From Eukaryota sp. TZLM1-RC (lineage: Eukaryota > Protista > Metamonada: BaSk clade), in the NCBI GenBank assembly GCA_040285825.1, contig JAUPSS010000005.1:1612001-1676000 (forward strand): a DNA stretch of 64,000 nucleotides, read 5' to 3'. The position numbers were made by a program, and so were the translations under genes. Below are positions 34,950 to 45,204 of this stretch, piece after piece (position 1 is the first letter of the stretch; each line of letters begins with the position of its first letter). Under the pieces are notes generated by a model. It did not search any database, was not told where the DNA came from, and was given only the letters and a program-made list of their open reading frames with translations.

Positions 34950-35185
34950 CATTCTGAAAACCTACATCTCCCACATCGAAACACTTAATTTCTGAAGATT
35001 TAGAAAATTTACCAAAAGAAAAAAATGAATCAGAAATGAACTTCACCATTTCCTTATAAAATTGGAAACACAATCCTGTTTTGCCAATAAACATGATTGG
35101 TAATTCTTCCAGTCCTTTTCTTTACAACAACACTAAAATATTCATTGAATTCCAAAGATTCTGTACCTGAAGAACCCAACAATTC
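34950..35185 (-). mobile_element. 3' relic of CRE-like subfamily D
   Basis: Colinear with 42285-42525. Confidence 0.75.
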
Positions 35186-35233
35186 AGTTTTGAATCGCCA
35201 TAGTCTTCAAACTAAAAATAGGGACGTTGTTCC

Positions 35234-35882
35234 TTTTTTTATTATTAATTTTATCAAAAATCTATAAATCAACATCTCAATAATCCATCTCTCCCAAAAC
35301 AAAAACACTAGATGCAACTCTCTCACAGTGAGATCCAAGAGAAAGCAGTGCATCAGAAACCATCTTCAACATCCCCTTAACAATAGAAAACACAATTCTA
35401 CTTTGCCAAAACAATCTGTTGAAGTTTCTGTTAGTTCTTCTCTTTACAATCATTTCAAAATCTTTCAAAAAACGTAAAGCCGTTGGAGCAAGTGAACCAA
35501 AAAGAGAAAATAAAATGGATACAAATTGTATTTGGCATGCTGTTGACTGGCCAAGTTGAACAAAGGTTCATTGTACTTTTGATTTTGAAATTTTCAGCAT
35601 TTGAAAGTGGATTATGAATATCTGAATTAACAAGCCTTTCATTTGAGACATTACAAGGATCAACAGACATTACATCCAATAAAATGAAACTTCCATCTGA
35701 TCCAGGTAATATAACATCACCTCTATTATTCTTATGAAAATCACCAGTATCAAACAGATTTGACAACAGAGGTTCCAAAAAGGATTCAATTCTATGAGAC
35801 TTACACATACAATATAATTGGTCTCTTACAGCATCATGAACCTTGCTTCTAAAAGTAACAAAATGTTTACAATTTAACAAAT
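35234..35882 (-). mobile_element. 5'-truncated CRE-like subfamily B copy
   Basis: ORFs 35455..35901 and 35277..35468 nearly match 18349..19008; poly(A) at 35234; ATTTAACAA stutter at the 5' junction. Confidence 0.9.
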
Positions 35883-36162
35883 TTAACAATTTAACAAACA
35901 TTGTTTCCTATCACTTTTTCAAACCACATAATTTGGAAGGATTTTCACTATTAATATTTAGGGACAAAAACTACATGGACAATTCCGTGAACTCTTTAGA
36001 TATAGGTATGTATTATGCTTTAAATCATAGCTTTACCGTTATTGAACAGCATATATTTTATTGAGACGACAACATAGCTTTGAAACATATGTTCTGCGGT
36101 GTACGCAGTGTACACGTGTTCTGCGTTGTACGCTGTTAACTTGAGCATTGATCAGATCAATG

Positions 36163-36232
36163 TTCAGTTCAGTTCAGGTTCCAAATTCTTTTTCTGAGCT
36201 GAACTGAAGTGAACTGAACTTGGACAGTCCTA
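36163..36232 (-). repeat. Putative hAT-like transposon terminus
   Basis: Reverse complement TAGGACTGTCCAAGTTCAGTTC matches TAGGATTGTCCTAGTTCAGTCC at 63069; multiple GTTCA/TGAAC subterminal repeats. Confidence 0.5.
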
Positions 36233-36359
36233 ATTGATCTATCCTTACATTGTACATTGTACATTGATTTGTACCCTACATCTCAGTCGCTTCTTTCGGT
36301 AATCTCATCACTTAAGTGTTTTTGGACAACAGTTTGATATCACCCAATGTCTGCTACAT

Positions 36360-37433
36360 ATGTTTTCACTGGTTCTACTTGCAAAGACATCACTTCCTCC
36401 TGTTTTTATCATTTTACTAGGAGGGATTTTGTACCATTTTGATTTTGTTCCAGCCTCTTCGATTCCATCATTCAATGCCTTCATTTTCAAGATATGCATG
36501 TCTGCTCGTTTCTTCCAACAAATTTCTGACGTTGATCTGTCGAATGATTTCACTACCTTCATTCTCACAATGATTGTCTTCCGCCTGGTTGGTTTCTTCT
36601 ACAGTTTCTTCATGGCCCATCTACTGCGACGTTCTCCAACCCCGTTTAATGTCAACCTCTTTGCCATCTTTGCCTGTACCGCTTGGCAAAACGTCATAGT
36701 CATCGGAGTCCCTCTCATTGAGGACCTTGTTTGGTATGGTCACAATTTCAAGAATAGTGAAGTAGTTCATTTTGTCAGATTAGTGGGTCCTCTCGACTAT
36801 CTGATCCAATTACCTTTATCAACCATTCTGCTGGGAAGGGAACAGGGGATGTCTTTTAAAGTTTACATAAGGAAGGTATTGTCGTCACCTCCTCTTTGGT
36901 CAATCATTTTGGGAATAATTTTTCTAATTTTTGACCTTCCCGTCAATCCCATTCTCAACAATACTCTCTCCTACCTCGACAACATCACCAAGGGAGGAGC
37001 CCATCTCCTGGCGGGTGCTTGTCTGTGGGCAGTGGTTGAGGAAGGAAGTAATGACGTGGGCAATTACATTAGTTTGAGAAGTTTAAAAAGCTATGGTACT
37101 GTTGGTAAAGAGAGTTTTACTAAAACCCTATCAGCTATCCGCAGGTTGAACAAGAATCCAGAAGGCGCTGGGTTTATGATTCTGTTGTTGTTCACAAAGT
37201 TGGTTGTTGCTCCCTTTATCATGTATTTCTGTACTAATTTGTTTGACTTGGATGAAGAAATACGCATGATTTGTCTCTTTGTTTCTTGTCTGCCTGTCGG
37301 AATCCAGGCTTTCTGTGTTGCCCAGAATTTTAATTCTGCTGTTGGTGCGGTCAATAAGATGGTAGTGTACACCACTTTATTGCTTACGTGTACTCTATGG
37401 TGTTATGGTCTACTTTTTGAATTTGATTTTTAA
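36360..37433 (+). CDS. AEC (auxin efflux carrier/PIN-like, Mem_trans) family transporter
   Basis: ~10 TM segments; SFNAFIFKICM, NVIVIGVPLI, KVLSSPPLWSIILG, KLVVAPFI, CLPVG. Confidence 0.82.
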   Translation: MFSLVLLAKTSLPPVFIILLGGILYHFDFVPASSIPSFNAFIFKICMSARFFQQISDVDLSNDFTTFILTMIVFRLVGFFYSFFMAHLLRRSPTPFNVNLFAIFACTAWQNVIVIGVPLIEDLVWYGHNFKNSEVVHFVRLVGPLDYLIQLPLSTILLGREQGMSFKVYIRKVLSSPPLWSIILGIIFLIFDLPVNPILNNTLSYLDNITKGGAHLLAGACLWAVVEEGSNDVGNYISLRSLKSYGTVGKESFTKTLSAIRRLNKNPEGAGFMILLLFTKLVVAPFIMYFCTNLFDLDEEIRMICLFVSCLPVGIQAFCVAQNFNSAVGAVNKMVVYTTLLLTCTLWCYGLLFEFDF

Positions 37434-38266
37434 TTCATTTCATTTAATTTTCTGTTTTTTTATTGTTTATTGGTTTGTTTATATTGTTCAATATAGTGCG
37501 GTAATTAGATATTAAATTCTATTTTTATTTGTTTTTCGCAGTAATGAATGACATTATATTACATTCAAAGTGGTTTAAACCAAACTCAAAACTAGGACGA
37601 TTTACATTGTCATTAAAAAAAAGCTTCACTCAACTTAAGGTCAGGACCTATATTATTTAATCAAAGGTCAAAGCTGCAGTATTGCATGTATCGTGGTAGA
37701 GAGAACAGCAATTGAATGTTATGGTACTTGGAACAAGAATACCAAAGAAAAGGATAAGAATTTCCTTATCCTCATGGACAGAATTACACACTCCCTTGAT
37801 CACGGCAATTGCGGACGACTTTCTAACAAATACCTAAAAACAGCTAATGATTTTCGTGATAACAAGGGTTCAAACATTCTTTCAGGGTTACATCCATTAA
37901 TCATTTTGTTGAAAAGTCCTCGACTAACATTTCGTCTTTGTTATCACGATGAGAATATATTGGATATAATGTCGAGAATTTGCAAGCGATGTCGGAAGTG
38001 TTGCAAGAATTAGTATTTTTACGTTGTTGTTTTTTCAATAAAACGTATTTTAAATGTGATTTGGAGAAAGTATTCATCCATATTTACAAATCAAATAATG
38101 TGGTACAACATCAGGCCAAATAGAACATCGAAACCGCATTGTACAGGAAATTACATGAGATCATAATATCTAGGTTGTAGGACACCTGATAATTTCTGAA
38201 CACTGAAACAAACCATTATTTGATACTATACAACCAATTTCACTGCTTTCAGACGATACTTCAACG

Positions 38267-39106
38267 ATGACAGATACTTCAGAAGTCGTTCTTAACCTTC
38301 CTGGACGACGTTCTGGTGGTAATGGCACTTCTCTGCCATCAGGATACAAACGTCGCCTATTTACTCCTGGATTCATAGCAAACTCTTTAGCGGCAGTCCT
38401 TATGATATGGGGAATCTTCTCCCGCAACTCAGACTGGAATTTTCCTTCGTGGCTCGACACACTCAATGGATACATATACACTGCTGGCCTCTTCGGTCTC
38501 GCTGGCGGAGTGACCAACTGGTTAGCCGTCAAGATGCTTTTTGATAAGATACCTTTCCTCTATGGTTCGGGGGTCATTCCAAACAGATTCAAAGAAATAC
38601 GTCGTGCTGTCAAGAATGCTATCATGAGAACTTTCTTTGATCAAAAGTACTTGGAGAAATACCTTGCCAAAAAAGCAGGAGCTGTGTTGGGAGGGTTGAA
38701 CATTGAAGACAAGGTACGACAGTTGTTAGAAAGTCAGGTTGTGGACGATATAATCGATGCCAAACTCAAGGAGTTTTCACAGCGTCCTGAAGCGGTTTAT
38801 ATTACTCTCATGGGGATTCAACCTGCCCAACTGAAAACTTGGATTAAGCCATTTGCGCTTGGCCTTGGTGGTGATCTGGCTCCGTTAGTTTCTCAGCTTT
38901 TTGATCCAGCGAAGACTTTAAATCTTGATATGCTTAGAACAGAAATTGACTCGTTAATGACCACCAAACTTGAAGAATTAACTCCCGATATTGTGAAGAA
39001 GATGTTAGAAGATGTCATGAGGGAAGAGTTGGGATTACTCATTGTTTGGGGTGCAGTATTTGGTTCTTCAATAGGAATGCTGTCACATGCGTTGTCATTG
39101 AATTGA
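38267..39106 (+). CDS. DUF445-family membrane protein
   Basis: AGLFGLAGGVTNWLAVKMLFDKIPFLYGSGVIPNRF; C-terminal LEELTP..VK..EDVMREELGLLIVWGAVFG. Confidence 0.82.
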   Translation: MTDTSEVVLNLPGRRSGGNGTSLPSGYKRRLFTPGFIANSLAAVLMIWGIFSRNSDWNFPSWLDTLNGYIYTAGLFGLAGGVTNWLAVKMLFDKIPFLYGSGVIPNRFKEIRRAVKNAIMRTFFDQKYLEKYLAKKAGAVLGGLNIEDKVRQLLESQVVDDIIDAKLKEFSQRPEAVYITLMGIQPAQLKTWIKPFALGLGGDLAPLVSQLFDPAKTLNLDMLRTEIDSLMTTKLEELTPDIVKKMLEDVMREELGLLIVWGAVFGSSIGMLSHALSLN

Positions 39107-39623
39107 GCGGTTGTGAGGAAAATTTTAAATTCATTTGTTTAATAATTGTTTAGAAATAAATCATTTTGATTCAAGATTGCTGAAATAATATAGGCTAATT
39201 TAAGCATTTTTCAAAAGAATCATTCTGCAATCTGCTTTCATGTCCATTGATCGTGGAAAAAGTTGATGATAAACTTGAATTGGGGTTTATTTGGATCTTT
39301 GGTTAAGATGATGTCGTGATTATGTTTAAATAATTTTCTGGAAATAAAGATTTATTGATACAATTCTGTTTTATTTATTATTGGATTGACATTTGACCAA
39401 GTTGAGACTTTATTATCAATTTAATGATAATACATCTACTTTTCAAGGTATCACCATCATGAAGTAGGTGTGGACTAATTTTCTAGGATGAGGAATTTAT
39501 ATTTAATAATTGAGGTATTTCAGTAAATGCAATTAAAATAATAAATACTGAGCAATTTAAAAACCACCAAAGTACAAAAACACTAACAAAAAAGACAGAA
39601 AATCTAAATTAAAATTATCTAAA

Positions 39624-40733
39624 TTAAGACACAAATTGACAGATATCTTCATCCATTAGTTCATGTGAAAGACCCACTCTTTGTGGTTGAAACTTGACAC
39701 TCTTACCCCACACCCAGGCATACTTGACTGACGAAGCCAACTGTTTATGAATAGCCTCAATGAACCTCTTCACAGTAGTTGGTCCCTTTCTCCTGGTTAA
39801 AACAACTGGTTCATCAAAATCAATTGGTTGGCCTCTAGGTTTAGTGTAAACTCTTGTGAGTTCAAGAGATTCCCAGATTTCGTCTTTTAGTTCATCCAAA
39901 TTCCACCCCTTGTGGACAGAAATAGGTACATAATGGGGAATCTTGTCCCACAAGTCTAATTCTTCAATAGTAATAGAGTCAATTTTGTTTAAGGCGTAGA
40001 CTATTGGCAGATAAACTCTATTTCCTTCAATAGCATCAATTAATTCATCTGTGTCCGCATTGGTATGGAAGTTTAACTCCACATTATTAAGCTTGTATTC
40101 CTTACAAACGGCGTTGATGACGTCATCAGTGAGCTTGGTGAGTTGTACAGTTGACGTTATGCAAATTCCCCCCTTTTCCTTCTTCTTTATACGAATATCT
40201 GGTGGGGTACAGTTAAATCTTATGCCCATTCCCCTCAGCTCCTTTTCAATGATGCGTTTATGGGTCCATGGTTTGGTGGCATCAAGGACCACTAGAATGA
40301 GGTCAGAGGTGCGAGCAGTGGCAATAACCTGCTTACCTCGTCCTTTTCCGTCTTTAGCACCCTCAATGATACCAGGAAGGTCGAGAACTTGGATATGAAC
40401 ACCTTTATGGCGGAGGTTACCAGGAATACATGTGAGAGTGGTAAACTCTTGCTCAGAGACGTCAGACTTTGTGGTAGTGATTGTGTTGAGGAGGGAAGAC
40501 TTACCGACAGAAGGAAAGCCGACAAGGGCAATTCTACGGTCTCCAGTACGTTCAACTTCAAAACCACGGCCACCACCACCGCCCTTCTTGGATCCTTCAT
40601 CAAGAAGTGCCTCAGTTTTAAGTTTGGCAATCTTGGCTTTGAGTAGGCCAATATGAGAGTTTGTGGCCTTGTTCTTTTGAGTACGAGCAATCTCAGCTTC
40701 AATTTCAGCAATTTTTTGCAAAGCCGTAGACAT
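39624..40733 (-). CDS. DRG1: Developmentally regulated GTP-binding protein (OBG family, TGS domain)
   Basis: ARTQKNKAT, GFPSVGKS, FTTLTCIPG, DLPGIIEGAKDGKGRG, NKID, VWGKSVKFQPQRVG. Confidence 0.93.
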   Translation of the reverse strand: MSTALQKIAEIEAEIARTQKNKATNSHIGLLKAKIAKLKTEALLDEGSKKGGGGGRGFEVERTGDRRIALVGFPSVGKSSLLNTITTTKSDVSEQEFTTLTCIPGNLRHKGVHIQVLDLPGIIEGAKDGKGRGKQVIATARTSDLILVVLDATKPWTHKRIIEKELRGMGIRFNCTPPDIRIKKKEKGGICITSTVQLTKLTDDVINAVCKEYKLNNVELNFHTNADTDELIDAIEGNRVYLPIVYALNKIDSITIEELDLWDKIPHYVPISVHKGWNLDELKDEIWESLELTRVYTKPRGQPIDFDEPVVLTRRKGPTTVKRFIEAIHKQLASSVKYAWVWGKSVKFQPQRVGLSHELMDEDICQFVS

Positions 40734-41454
40734 TAGAAAGACGATGAGAAGAGGGGAGAAAAATAGATGTACCAGAAGATAATTTCAGTTCATTTCGTTT
40801 TTAAATTGATTTAGCACAAGTCTCTCGTTCCCGGGGACCTCCGCGTCTCCATCTCGGCCTCCACTAACTTGAGGTCTTAGAAACATCTCTGTGTCTCGCA
40901 CAGTTTTATACTGAAGTACTGTCAATAAATCATAACAACAAATTTAAAATCAATTAAAATTAAACTAAAGCCGAAACTCTAAATGAAACTTCAAAAACAA
41001 ATACTTTATTCAGAAATACCAAAAATATCGCTACGCAATACATGAAATATTCAATCTCTACACAATGTATTCAGATTTCCATTTCAAGAACTTCAAGATG
41101 AGGATCAGGTCCCATTCGTTCATCCACAGATTGTAATTTTTTCAAGATTAGTAGATATGACTAAAGTAATTTACTGTTTTACGGGTTTCTGATCACAAAA
41201 CTCACAGAAGAAATTAATTAATAATTAATAATTAATTAATTAAATTATATATAATAAATCATAGCACAGCATGAGACCATTTAGGTTCAGTACATGAGTC
41301 AACTATTGGCGAACTAATCTGTTAAAACAATCATTAAAAATTTTGTTGTTCAAAGCATATTAACTCTCCAAAGTTCAGATTTGTTTATCTTTCTGTAAAA
41401 TAACAAACTTTAATTAATTAATTAAAAATCAAATCGTGTTTCAAGAAAATTTAC

Positions 41455-41832
41455 AATCCGAAGTATCCCCCTTTGATGATTCAGAATTGTACAAACGAAA
41501 TAAATATGTAAATCCTTTGAAAGAATTTAAACATGTTCGCCATGTGGATTACCAAATTTGCCCATTTGCTATATCTTTGTATGGATGCCTTGGCAAAACT
41601 GCAATGAATTTTATTGATGATTATGAAAATGTTGTAAAGAAAAGAATGAATAAGCGTTTTGATCGTCGAATGTGGTCACATCGTATTGTTTTTACTATTT
41701 TCTAAACAATTCCTGAAATGATTTCGAAAACTCTAATGTCTGTCAGTGCACATTACAAAGACACTGCTGTTGTACGGCTTGATGGTGTGAAAGCTTGTTT
41801 TGAAGGTATTGATTTCTAGATTATATTATTGT
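41455..41832 (+). mobile_element. 3' relic of CRE-like subfamily E
   Basis: KRNKYVNPL..YQICPFAISLYGCLG..WSHRIVFTIF, then IPEMISK..ACFEGIDF*. Confidence 0.78.
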
Positions 41833-41836
41833 AAAT

Positions 41837-41964
41837 TGATGCTGTAAGGTTAGACATATACAGTAGCAGAATAGAGATAAGGAATGTTTATTTAAATTTC
41901 ATTGGCCCTTATAAAGGCCATCTCTAGTGAAGTCTATACTAGACTAATTGTCCACAGTACAACA
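41837..41964 (-). mobile_element. Solo LTR related to family 1
   Basis: Reverse complement TGTTGTACTGTGGACAATTAGTCTAGTA..GATGGCCTTTATAAGGGCC..GCATCA, 128 bp; TSD AAAT (41833-6, 41965-8). Confidence 0.92.
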
Positions 41965-42239
41965 AAATAGATTAAATTTAAATACAAGAAAGTGACAATT
42001 GAAATGAAAGTGGCAAACAATCAGATGTGAAAGACTGATTAGATTAATGGATTAGATTGATTGATTGGCCATTGATTGGCCATTGTTATTTGAAAGTGTC
42101 AAAACATGTTACATCAGCAGCAGATTTAGTGTAATCTGATGTCACAAAGACATTGATTTACGAACTTTTGCAAGTATCATGGTGCCCACAAAATTTTAAC
42201 CGTCATTTTATTAAACCACATTTTTATAAGAGAATATAT

Positions 42240-43470
42240 CTATTTCTCGAATAAAGAATTAAAGTATCATCCAACACACAACTAAAGCTCCACATTCTTA
42301 AAACCTGCCTCCCCTACATCGAAACAGTTAATTACTAAAGATTCAAAAATTTACCAAAAGATGAGAGTGAATCAGGAATTAATTTCACCATTACCTTAAA
42401 CATAAAAAACACAATCCTGTTTTGCCAGTAAATACGATTGAAAATTCTTCCAGTCCTTTCCTTCACACCTCCATTAAAATCATCAAGGAAAGCCATACCA
42501 GCCTTACCTAATGATCCGAGCAAGGAAAAGACAAAGGGACATAAACTATATTGGGCATGAGAATTTTCAATGACAGAAGAAATAGGTTGTGCTTGTTCAG
42601 CAATATTGTAGTTTTCACCAGCAAGAAGAGGATTATTGAGATCTGAATTAATGAAATGTTCGTTAAAAGAATTACAAGGGTCTATGGACATGGCATCTAA
42701 AATGGTAAAACTACCATTTAAGCCGGGAACAACCAAATCACCTCTTGTCAGACCCATAGAAGCTCTGTTGTAGCGCGTACTATCAATATTGGGGTCATCG
42801 AGAATTAATTTTGATAACAGCGGTTCTAAAAAGGAATCTACGTGATATGAATTGCACATTACATAAATTTGGTCCCTGACATAATTATGTACGTTACTTC
42901 TAAATGTAATACAATGTTTACAGTTCAACAGATGAGTAAACAAAAGAGGTTTACCACATTTACAAGTTAAATGATTCGGCAAATTGTTTGGCCATAGAAA
43001 ACAACGAGAACTCATGTCTAAAAGCCATTCATTGTGTTTTAAAAGAAGTCCATAAACAGAGGGAATTTGAGTAACTAGAGCAGCAGCAGAACTATTATGA
43101 ATGTTTTTTAAACAATTTCGGAAAGCGGTATTTTCAGTTTTGGCCAAAACAAGTGTTATTTCATAATCCAAGCTTTCATATAATTTAACCAAATGGTGCA
43201 GAAGCTTTTTGAGGCAAAAATGCAAATTTGGGAGTGATCGGTTTGGGATTTCTTGAATATTCTGAGGAAAACACTGAATCCAGATATCATTGGGCAAATG
43301 ATCTAATTTAAAATGAAGTAGATTTAAGAAAAATTTGATTCACCATTGATCAGATGAACATCATAAGGGAACCTTTGGAAAAATTCGAAAACAAAATTTT
43401 TACCACCTCCTAAAAATGGTGCTTTACACAAAAACGAAGATTTAGTGAAACCAATTCCACCCGAATTCTT
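42240..43470 (-). mobile_element. 5'-truncated CRE-like subfamily D copy
   Basis: ORF 42335..43297: RCFLWP, CKC..HLLNCKH..VHNYVRD, TRGDLVVPG, LDAMSIDPC, CPFVFSLLG, WQNRIVF. Confidence 0.88.
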
Positions 43471-43472
43471 AT

Positions 43473-43700
43473 TATAAAACATTCGAAATAACCAATGTTT
43501 TTAAATTAAAGTACATCAAATCTTCTCTAAATTTAATTTACCTTCCTCCAATATAGTTGATATTGCCCTTACACACATCAACTATTCAAACCAAAGTCAA
43601 TGTAAGTTTGCCAAAAGGCAGTTCTTATGGATCTGTTATCCAGTGATATTTGTGGGGTGCTTAATTAAGTATATGATTAAGACACTCCAAGTCACATTTT
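43473..43700 (+). repeat. Dispersed repeat, partner of 27480-27692
   Basis: See 27480-27692. Confidence 0.8.
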
Positions 43701-43832
43701 TAACATAGTTAGAGTTAATTTATTAAAAAAAGGCAATGAAAGTTTTGATGTATTTTCACAATATTTATTTATTCAATTGATTCCATCTCAATTTAAAACA
43801 AAATTTTCAATTTTCTGAAATTCCACAGACAA

Positions 43833-44096
43833 ATGTCCACCTCTCAGTACCCCGTATGCTTCATTTGCGTCATTCATCATGGGTTACTGTCGTCACACAT
43901 TGTGGGCACTCATTTTGCCGAGCTTGTATTGAGCGTTGGATTGAGTACAGCGAGACCTGTTCCCATTGCAGGGAGGCTGTCTGTTTTGGTATTCTTGTCT
44001 GCAACTACGTGCTACGAGGGGCGATGGAGGAAATTCTAGGGTTAAGTGGGACTGTCAACCGCAAGGGATCAAAGGAATCGACTCCATTGGTCTTTT
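43833..44096 (+). pseudogene. RING-HC gene, frameshifted and interrupted by LTR element 3; 3' remainder at 57239-57298
   Basis: YPVC / frameshift / VVTHCGHSFCRACIERW..TCSHCRE..NYVLR; reconstructed empty site reads ESTPLVFYRNSDVIFSKNVVKETAL*. Confidence 0.75.
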
Positions 44097-44227
44097 TGTT
44101 GCCGTTAGGCATTACGCTGGCTGTATGTTAGATGTATGTGTAAGGCGGGTTAAGATAAAGATAATTTTATTTAATGTTATTTAATGTTATTCTATATACT
44201 TAGGTACTCACTAGTGAGATACCTACT
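44097..44227 (-). repeat. 3' LTR of family-3 element
   Basis: Direct repeat of 57118-57238 with ~7 substitutions and a 10-bp tandem duplication. Confidence 0.88.
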
Positions 44228-45204
44228 CTCCCGTTTTCTTAATTAAAATTATTTACAGTTGTTCTTCCGCTTCCTTTGCGGATAACGCTTCTGCTGAGGC
44301 ACGGGGAGAGCCCGAGCTGCTCTGTTGGATTTAATAGATTTACGTTTCCTTTTATTAGGTTTCTTATTAAATCGTTGATACGCTTCTGAATATCTGATAG
44401 AATGGAGTGGTTCCTCGGTAGTATCTCCAACAAACCATCGCACAGTACAGAAGGGTCCTTGAGCAGTGTTATACTCGTCAAGGATTTCTTCAATGACATG
44501 TTTACCTGAATCTGTGGCTGCGATTGCCCAAAGTAGATCGACATCGTTAGGATCTTCAGCGTTGTAAATTTTACAGTCCCTCTTAGATACTTTTGTTTGT
44601 TCACCAGTCGTCAGGTTCTTTATTAATAAAGTGGAGTTGGAAGAGGTTTCTAAAACCAGATATGGGCCTCACAAAGATCCATGCAATTTATTAGGTTGTT
44701 TAGTCTTTCGAAGAATATAGTCACCAATATTAAATATATTTTCATCTTTGTTTTTCATATGACTGGGTGTGTTTAATAGTTGGTGATGCTCTGCTTCTTC
44801 CCATCTCTTCCGAAGACGATCATTCTTAAATTTGAGGTCTTGCAAAGGTGGTACATTGGATTCAAAATCGAAAATGCCTCCTAGGATGTTAGCAGGGTCT
44901 GATTTTGGGCTGATAGATGACCCAAACATCAGTTCGTGTGGAGTGTGATTTGTTATTCTATTTTTGGTTGAATTAATTAATAGTTGAGTTATTGGTACAT
45001 ATGTGGACCATGAATCGTAGTCGTTGTAATCTATTAATAATTTCCTTATACATTGTATCACATCTCGATGTTTTCTTTCAACCAATCCATTGCTTTCAGA
45101 ATGGTAAGGAATTGAATTAGACACTTCAATTGACATTCTTTGGCAAAGTAATTTAAATATTTCGTTGGCGAACTCAGGGCCATTATCACTATATATAGAC
45201 TTGA

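Noticed and set aside
37693-38013. ORF with H..H/CxxC reminiscent of an integrase zinc-binding domain
   Set aside because: Non-ATG start, spacing unconvincing, no catalytic core nearby
41210-42090. AATT-rich and GATT tandem tracts (41212-41255, 42036-42085)
   Set aside because: Low-complexity microsatellite-like DNA with no further structure; not telomeric
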